Source: Bacteroidota bacterium (GTDB lineage Bacteria; Bacteroidota; Bacteroidia; CAILMK01; JAAYUY01). From it: DNA of 64,000 nt. The notes under the pieces are model-generated. The model ran no database searches. It saw only the letters and a list, made by a program, of their open reading frames with translations, and was not told the DNA's origin. Of this stretch, positions 58,090 through 64,000 are shown in pieces. Position 1 is the stretch's first letter. Each line of letters starts with the position of its first letter. Both the position numbers and the translations under genes were made by a program. Location of the stretch: NCBI GenBank assembly GCA_016776505.1, contig JADHTG010000009.1, forward strand, positions 6,946-70,945. The letters run 5' to 3'.

Positions 58090-58848
58090 TTATTTGTTTA
58101 ACAGTTCCAACATCCAGCCGGCCCTGTTCGTTGTTATACCATCAATCCCATTTTCAATGAGTGATTTTGCTTTTTCCGGATTGTCAACCGTCCAGGTATA
58201 TATCCGTAATCCCTCATTTTTAAATGCTTCAATAAATCTTTTGTCCAGAATTCTTCCTGCCCAGACATCAACACCATCTAAATGAAGTCTTTTGACTTTA
58301 TTTATCATTCGTTTTTTATTTATCTGAAGTATCCAGTGAGGCCAGAAATAATCCAGGTCAAGCAGCCAAAATAAGCTGTAATCCGGCATCATTTGTTTGG
58401 CTTTGGCTAATGTTCCTGCATTGAAAGCAATTATTTCTATTTGGGAATTTTTCAATCCGGATTGATCTAAATCAGACTTTAGAAATTCCAGGATTTTTGC
58501 ATCACTTTTAATTTCAATGATAAGCCGGCCATCTGCCGGAACTGTTTGTAATACTTCCTTGAGCGTAGGAATCCGGACGTTTTCCCAAACTGGATTTTTG
58601 TATTTGCCAGCATCAAGTAGTTTTAATTCTTCCAGGCTTGATTTTTTGATTATTTTCTTCTTTCCTGATACTCTGAGTGTATCGTAATCATGAATCACAA
58701 CAATTTCATTATCCCTGGTCAAATGAATATCAATTTCAACGGCTTTTACCTGTCTTTTCCAGGCCAGAACAATGGAAGAAAGTGTATTTTCAGGGGCATC
58801 AAAGGATTCTCCCCTGTGAGCGATCAATAATTCATTCAGCTTTAGCAT
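58090..58848 (-). CDS. glpQ: Glycerophosphodiester phosphodiesterase
   Basis: GP-PDE N-terminal HRG motif (LIAHRGESFDAPENT) and E-x-D-x-H (EIDIHLTRDNEIVVIHD). Confidence 0.85.
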   Translation of the reverse strand: MLKLNELLIAHRGESFDAPENTLSSIVLAWKRQVKAVEIDIHLTRDNEIVVIHDYDTLRVSGKKKIIKKSSLEELKLLDAGKYKNPVWENVRIPTLKEVLQTVPADGRLIIEIKSDAKILEFLKSDLDQSGLKNSQIEIIAFNAGTLAKAKQMMPDYSLFWLLDLDYFWPHWILQINKKRMINKVKRLHLDGVDVWAGRILDKRFIEAFKNEGLRIYTWTVDNPEKAKSLIENGIDGITTNRAGWMLELLNK

Positions 58849-59204
58849 GCTACAAATTCGGATGAACTATTTTTAAGAATCCAAATAGTTCATATTTTAT
58901 TAATTCATGGGTTTATTGCAATCTTAACAAAAATAGTGAATTATAAAATGGATGAGGAAATTCAATAACACACAAATTATTTAATATTTTGAAAAAAAAT
59001 CAGGTAAAACGAGAAAGCTCGTTCCTTGTTGGGTCTACACCCTAGCCTATTTGTTGTCATGTAAAATAATTGTCATCAATGTATACAGAATTAAAAAAAC
59101 ATTGTACATTATCACCGTCTTTAATACCTTAAAACTGATGCCTATTGAAAACAATTTGACACATACTTTACTTATTAAAAAGGGACTCTTAATAAAATTA
59201 TACA

Positions 59205-62200
59205 ATGAAAAACTTAAGGTTTGCAATTTTATTTATATTGTGTCAATTTTTGTTTTTTTCAGCAGGAGCTCAGTTACCCGCAGTCAATGTAACTACGAAC
59301 ATTAATCCTTCCAACGGATATACATTTATTGCAACTTTTTGGACGGGTACAGCAGGTAAATTTTATCTTTTAATTCTTGACAAACAGGGAAGAATAATAT
59401 ATGCCAAATCATTTCCCACCGCTATAAATGGCAGATTTTTGGATTTTAAGCCCCAACCCAATGGCAAATATTCCTTTTTTGCCAATAAACAGAACCGATA
59501 TTATATGATGGATCAATTCTTTAATATAATTGATACAGTCGTAGCTAAAAACGGATATTCAACGAATAATCATGAGCTTATTATCTCGAATGATAATCAA
59601 TATTTTATAATAGCGAATGAAGTAAGAACAATTGATATGTCACAGGTGGTTTCCGGTGGTAGTACTAATGCCCAGGTAACAGGTAACATCATCCAGGGGA
59701 TAGATTCCAATGACAATTTAATTTTTGAGTGGAAAGTCTTGGATCATATTTCTATTACCGATCATGTAGGGGATCTCACTGCTCCTGTTTTTGATTTTGC
59801 ACATACCAACAGCCTTTTTCTCGATACTGACACGACTATTCTTATGTGCAACCCTTCATTAAATGAAATTACCAAAATCAACCTTAATAACGGAAATATA
59901 ATTTGGAGGTTGGGAAGACTGGCCAAAAGCAATCAATTTACATTTACAAATGACACTTTAGGTTTCATTTTTCAGCATACTGTAAACAGATTACCTAACG
60001 GAAATATCACACTGTTTGATAATGGACTTGGTCGGTATTCCCGTGCTATTGAATATGAAATTGATGAGGTCAATAAAACAGCAAATCTTGTATTTCAATA
60101 CAGAAACACTCCGGATATTCTTAGTTGGGCAATGGGAAGTGCAATCAGGTTAGCAAATGGCAATACCTTCATTGGTTGGGGATCTGTTACTAAAATGACC
60201 GAAGTTGATACCGCAGGGAATAAGGTCTTTGAAGCTTCATTTCCGTCTTGTACTTACAGGGCACTGAAATACAATATTCCTGATCCAATATCACAATTAA
60301 TATCGGGCCCTTCCGAAATTTGTGAAGGTCAGACAGCAACTTATACTGCTTATCCTTGTACTAACTGTACATATTCCTGGAGTATTACAAATGGTTCCAT
60401 TATAAGTGGGCAAGGTACTAATATACTTACTGTTAAGTGGCCAACTGACGGGCAAGGAATTGTCAGGTTAACCAAAACAAACTCCCTTAACCACAAGGAT
60501 TATTTATTAATTTATGTTACTGTGTTACCAGGTCCCACAGTAAAAATGGGTATTGTGAAAATTTGTAAAGGAGCCAGATTCATAGATTATACTACCAATT
60601 CAGTAAACCGCTTCTGGGATTTTGATGATGGTGACACATCATATTTATCTGATATCAAACACATCTATAGCTCTCCCGGAACATACCAGGTAAAACTGAA
60701 AGTAATGGATAACAATGGCTGTACCGATTCAATCATACAAACCATAATAATCCCAGATACAACAATAGCTGATTTCAGTATCGATTCTATTGTATGTGTT
60801 AATGAGAAGATTACAATTATAAATAATTCGACTGATGCAGACAGTTACTTCTGGGATTTGGGAGATTCTATGACTTCTAATCTTAAAAATCCCTTGACAT
60901 TTTTATACACTACAGCCGGCACGTATGATGTCAAATTATCTGCTTCAGGCTCAGGGTGTAAAGACTCTCTGACAAAAACAGTGGTAGTTAATCCAAACCC
61001 AATTGCCCACTTCAGTTTTAGTGAAATTTGTAATGGTGCCCGATTAATAGATTCAACTATCAATTCTCTATTCCGTATATGGGATTTTGGAGATGGCGAC
61101 ACATCTGTATTAACAGACATTGATCATATTTATAGTTCTCCCGGAACTTATCAAGTCAAACTGAAAGTATTCAATAACCAGGATTGTGCCGATTCAAGCA
61201 TGCAAACCATAATAATCCCCGATGCACCTAAAGCTGAATTCAGTATTGATACGAGTATATGTAGTTCTGAAATAACCACGATAGTCAATAATTCAACAGC
61301 TGCAAATGCTTACTTCTGGTATTTAAAAGATTCTATGATTTCTAATTTGAAAAATCCATTGGCATTCTCGATCTCAGCAGTTGGTTCTTACGATATTAAA
61401 TTAATTGTAACAGGCTCAAATTGTATTGACTCTCTTACCAAAACAGTTGTTGTCAATCCAAATCCAAAAGTCCACTTAAGTTTTAGTGAAATTTGTAATG
61501 GTGCCAGATTTATAGATTCAACCATCAATTCAGTATTCCGTATATGGGATTTTGGTGATGGCGACACATCTGTATTAACAGAAGTTGATCATATGTATAG
61601 CTCTCCCGGAATTTATCAAGTCAAACTGAAAGTATTCAATATCCAGGGTTGTGCCGATTCAACTATAGAGTCCGTTATAATCCATAAAGCTCCAAAAGCT
61701 GATTTCAAAATTGATTCTATTGTTTGTGCTTCAGAGACCATATCAATTATCAATAATTCAACTGATGCCAGTAATTATTTTTGGGAATTGGGGGATTCAC
61801 GTACTTCCAATTTGATGACTCCCGAAGCATTCTCCTATAACACAACCGGCTCGTATCAAATTAAATTGGTGGCTTCTACCTCAGTTTGTTCAGACTCCCT
61901 AATTCAAACAGTATTTGTTATGCCGAATCCGGTGGTAAAAATCGGTTCAAGCACACTCACAGATTCTACTATACAGTTTTACGATTCTTCCAGTATTTCA
62001 GCCGGCAGTATTGTTTCCTGGGATTGGAATTTCGGAGATGGCAAAACATCAACTATCAGGCATCCAGTACATATATATTCATCACCTGATACCTATACTG
62101 TTGAGTTATGTGTTACTTCAAATGAAGGATGTGAAAATTGTGATATTAAATCAATCGTTGTAACGGCAACCGGAATTGCTATGTCAGAAATTGATAATTT

Positions 62201-62423
62201 AATAAGTATTTATCCCAATCCCAATAAAGGTGTTTTTATAATTAAATCATCAACAAAACTCGATTTAATTGTGATTACCAATGCATTCGGACAGGAAATT
62301 ATGGTGATTAAACCTAAAACTGATACTGAATTAATTGATCTGTCTAATAAACCAAAAGGGGTCTATATAGTTAAACTAAGACTTGAAAATCATGATCAGA
62401 TAAGCAGAATTATAAAGAATTAA
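59205..62423 (+). CDS. Secreted T9SS-sorted protein: N-terminal arylsulfotransferase-like beta-propeller region, 7 PKD domains, C-terminal T9SS sorting domain
   Basis: Signal peptide; the N-terminal roughly 350 aa has propeller-like motifs (NGNITLFDNG); W-x-FGDG PKD cores; and a C-terminal CTD (LISIYPNPNKGVFII...GVYIVKL). Confidence 0.8.
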   Translation: MKNLRFAILFILCQFLFFSAGAQLPAVNVTTNINPSNGYTFIATFWTGTAGKFYLLILDKQGRIIYAKSFPTAINGRFLDFKPQPNGKYSFFANKQNRYYMMDQFFNIIDTVVAKNGYSTNNHELIISNDNQYFIIANEVRTIDMSQVVSGGSTNAQVTGNIIQGIDSNDNLIFEWKVLDHISITDHVGDLTAPVFDFAHTNSLFLDTDTTILMCNPSLNEITKINLNNGNIIWRLGRLAKSNQFTFTNDTLGFIFQHTVNRLPNGNITLFDNGLGRYSRAIEYEIDEVNKTANLVFQYRNTPDILSWAMGSAIRLANGNTFIGWGSVTKMTEVDTAGNKVFEASFPSCTYRALKYNIPDPISQLISGPSEICEGQTATYTAYPCTNCTYSWSITNGSIISGQGTNILTVKWPTDGQGIVRLTKTNSLNHKDYLLIYVTVLPGPTVKMGIVKICKGARFIDYTTNSVNRFWDFDDGDTSYLSDIKHIYSSPGTYQVKLKVMDNNGCTDSIIQTIIIPDTTIADFSIDSIVCVNEKITIINNSTDADSYFWDLGDSMTSNLKNPLTFLYTTAGTYDVKLSASGSGCKDSLTKTVVVNPNPIAHFSFSEICNGARLIDSTINSLFRIWDFGDGDTSVLTDIDHIYSSPGTYQVKLKVFNNQDCADSSMQTIIIPDAPKAEFSIDTSICSSEITTIVNNSTAANAYFWYLKDSMISNLKNPLAFSISAVGSYDIKLIVTGSNCIDSLTKTVVVNPNPKVHLSFSEICNGARFIDSTINSVFRIWDFGDGDTSVLTEVDHMYSSPGIYQVKLKVFNIQGCADSTIESVIIHKAPKADFKIDSIVCASETISIINNSTDASNYFWELGDSRTSNLMTPEAFSYNTTGSYQIKLVASTSVCSDSLIQTVFVMPNPVVKIGSSTLTDSTIQFYDSSSISAGSIVSWDWNFGDGKTSTIRHPVHIYSSPDTYTVELCVTSNEGCENCDIKSIVVTATGIAMSEIDNLISIYPNPNKGVFIIKSSTKLDLIVITNAFGQEIMVIKPKTDTELIDLSNKPKGVYIVKLRLENHDQISRIIKN
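60529..61940 (+). repeat. Three tandem roughly 470-bp units (each encoding two PKD domains) with very high nucleotide identity inside the 1072-aa gene
   Basis: Units start near 60529, 61003 and 61471. Units 2 and 3 are nearly identical at the DNA level (ttttagtgaaatttgtaatggtgcc...gattcaac...atatgggattttgg... recurs almost exactly). Confidence 0.75.
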
Positions 62424-62588
62424 GTTTACAAAAAAAACAAGTGCAGACAGACAAAAACGAGAGTTAATATGCTTAATTTATTAAAAGCAGGTGCTATTTT
62501 TAATTAGCATCTTTTAAGAAATCCATTTTTCAATAGCTGTGTTTGCTTGTTTTATTTATTGTACTGCCTCAATGGCTGGATATACCGC

Positions 62589-62789
62589 TTAAATTGTTCC
62601 GTTTAAATAATTCAGTATGAAGATATTGGCATAGTGAATTAATTTCGGCCATAGCTGGTCAATTGTTTTGGCTTGTCCAGAATAATGAACAAAACCGTTA
62701 TTATGTCTTTCAAGTCTGGCATCAATATTATTGGTGCAAGCTGTATAATAGGATGAATCAGCACATTTTAAAATATAAACGAAATGCAT
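62589..62789 (-). CDS. GIY-YIG domain protein (short, possibly degenerate)
   Basis: MHFVYILKCADSSYYTACTNNIDARLERHNNG matches the GIY-YIG N-terminal core; the remainder diverges from the usual family sequence. The upstream 39 codons of the tracked ORF are repeat-derived. Confidence 0.45.
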   Translation of the reverse strand: MHFVYILKCADSSYYTACTNNIDARLERHNNGFVHYSGQAKTIDQLWPKLIHYANIFILNYLNGTI

Positions 62790-62836
62790 AGCAAGAAAAT
62801 TAAGTAGTTCAACAAAAGGCTGAATTTCATTCCTTG

Positions 62837-62908
62837 CAGCTTGAAAAAGCGAAAGGTGGATTGTATTCTCTGAAGCTTGAAAAAGCGAAAGGTGGATTGC
62901 ATCCACCG
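62837..62908. repeat. Direct repeat (2 x about 35 bp, core agcttgaaaaagcgaaaggtggattg) resembling the ssrA 3' terminus
   Basis: The core occurs at 62839-62864 and 62874-62899. Its motif gaaaggtgga parallels caaaggtggagcc at the tmRNA 3' end (63039-63051). Confidence 0.5.
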
Positions 62909-62988
62909 AAGCTCGGAGAAGCTTGTGTAGAGAATCATTTTAGGTGTAGTTTGTTTATCTAATTAGTGCTCTCCTACACCAGGGTTTC

Positions 62989-63035
62989 GGAGAGCGAACT
63001 CTCCTTCGCTTTTCGCCAAGGCAAAAAGCTTCGGA
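62989..63035 (-). terminator. Hairpin cluster downstream of the tmRNA 3' end (ggagagcgaactctcc; gcttttcgccaaggcaaaaagc)
   Basis: Two adjacent GC-rich inverted repeats, read directly from the sequence, within 50 nt of the tmRNA 3' end. Confidence 0.35.
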
Positions 63036-63042
63036 GAGCAAA

Positions 63043-63406
63043 GGTGGAGCCGGGGAGATTCGAACTCCCGTCCAGAGATAGCGTACTAAATGCTTTCTAC
63101 ATGCTTATTTTCAGTTGATTTTAACCAAAGCAGGTCTGAAAATACCGGACTTTGGTCTGAGTCCCTTCGATTTTCGTTCCTGACTCAGGACATGACAGGA
63201 CTTATTCTGTTATTTCGGTCCTTCCGATTCAACCGCCAACAGACGGGGCAGTTGGGAAAGATTAGCGTAGCTTAATCCTAGATTAGGCAGCTAAAGAATA
63301 ATTATATTCGCCTATTAATGTTGTGCGACCGCTTTTTACGGGATCTATCGCTTGACCCGGCATGCTTACAAATACCACTCCTAACCTGTCAATTCCAGTC
63401 GGCCCC
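63043..63406 (-). ncRNA. ssrA: tmRNA (SsrA), tag peptide GEYNYSLAA
   Basis: The minus-strand 3' end is ...GGACGGGAGUUCGAAUCUCCCCGGCUCCACC (T-arm plus acceptor, read as tggtggagccggggagattcgaactcccgtcc on the plus strand). The 5' end is GGGGCCGACUGGAAUUGACAGG. An internal ORF reads ggc gaa tat aat tat tct tta gct gcc taa = GEYNYSLAA* (stop at 63282-63284). Confidence 0.85.
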
Positions 63407-63523
63407 GGTAAGTGTAACAAGGCACAAAGATACAATAATTACGAATTTTATTAGGATATTCAGTACCGCTGGTTTCTAGTCACTTGCTCCCGGCAGTAAT
63501 GAAACTTGAAACCTGCATACTAC

Positions 63524-64000
63524 CTAATAAGCCACTATTTTCTGCATAAAAGCTTGATCCGTTACAACCCGGATAAAATACATGCCTGCTGCCAGCTCGT
63601 TCCTGTCCATCTTAATTAACTCATCTCCTTTGTATTCCCGGCTAAACAGAACTTTCCCATTCATATCATGCAAACTAACAATTTTGTACTCACCTTTTGT
63701 TCCAGGCAAATAGAGGAAGAAATACTGGTCAAATGGGTTTGGATAAACAAATAATTCCAGCTCACCTTTTATTTCTGGAATGCTGATCACTCCATCCTGC
63801 ATCACCACGATCAATACATCCCCCACATTGTCACCGCTCAGGGTTATGATGGCCTGGCGGGGAGTCGATTCGGTGTTTTTTGAGGCCGTAGCCGTGAATT
63901 TATTATTCGCAACATCCAGCACCAAAGTAAGCCACGACTGGTCCGAAACAGCGTTCCAGCTTGACAGGCTCGTAAAGACATCAAAAACAAATGATCCTCC
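63524..64000 (-). CDS. T9SS C-terminal-domain protein (3' part only; gene continues beyond window end)
   Basis: The C-terminal roughly 85 aa is a T9SS sorting domain (LFVYPNPFDQYFFLYL...GMYFIRVV). The upstream region is beta-rich and is truncated by the window boundary. Confidence 0.5.
   Translation of the reverse strand, partial: GGSFVFDVFTSLSSWNAVSDQSWLTLVLDVANNKFTATASKNTESTPRQAIITLSGDNVGDVLIVVMQDGVISIPEIKGELELFVYPNPFDQYFFLYLPGTKGEYKIVSLHDMNGKVLFSREYKGDELIKMDRNELAAGMYFIRVVTDQAFMQKIVAY

Noticed and set aside
62790-62906. N-terminal 39 codons of the tracked 105-aa ORF (MDAIHLSLFQASENTIHLSLFQAARN...)
   Set aside because: The repeated peptide comes from the 35-bp direct repeats. The GIY-YIG homology begins at the internal Met (MHFVYILK), so the CDS was trimmed to 62589-62789.
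1-64000. Search for phage, integrase, transposase, toxin-antitoxin, restriction-modification or other defence-island content
   Set aside because: No ORF showed integrase or transposase catalytic motifs (R-H-R-Y, DDE), nuclease/ATPase defence signatures or TA-sized gene pairs. The only mobile-element hint is the repeat scar next to ssrA.

Overview
This 64 kb window is a Bacteroidetes-type chromosomal segment (AT-rich, Bacteroidetes -7 TAnnTTTG promoter boxes, five proteins with T9SS C-terminal sorting domains) and is densely coded. Housekeeping and envelope genes: uvrA, an aldo/keto reductase, a LysM lytic transglycosylase, dxr-rseP, batABCDE, plsC, a PssA-like CDP-alcohol phosphatidyltransferase, an M28 peptidase, an SDR, a cold-shock protein, MscS and a putative pyrimidine-dimer glycosylase. 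There is an 8-gene carotenoid operon (gpx-marR-crtB-crtZ-lycopene cyclase-membrane protein-TPR-like-crtI). Two glycosyltransferases (GT4, GT9) and an S9 prolyl oligopeptidase follow. A putative glycerophospholipid catabolic operon (glpQ-lipase-glpD) lies further on. Two large PKD-repeat surface proteins use T9SS: one of 3951 aa (26 PKD domains, duplicated CARDB plus beta-helix modules, a LamG domain, apparent TTG start) and one of 1072 aa carrying a very recent triple tandem duplication. A tmRNA gene (ssrA, minus strand, tag GEYNYSLAA) sits near the 3' end of the window, next to degenerate repeats and a small GIY-YIG gene. The most unusual element is a compact three-gene operon (14868-18182). 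It encodes a long-form (728 aa) KamA-family radical SAM aminomutase, a DUF4213/DUF364-like Rossmann protein and a small GNAT acetyltransferase. This is a candidate pathway for an N-acetylated beta-amino acid and does not fit the known ablAB or epmAB architectures. Other notable points are a roughly 120-nt conserved promoter module duplicated upstream of two unrelated genes, inverted heptamer repeat arrays between convergent genes, and a decayed oxidoreductase pseudogene. No CRISPR arrays, rRNA or tRNA genes, integrases or transposases were seen.
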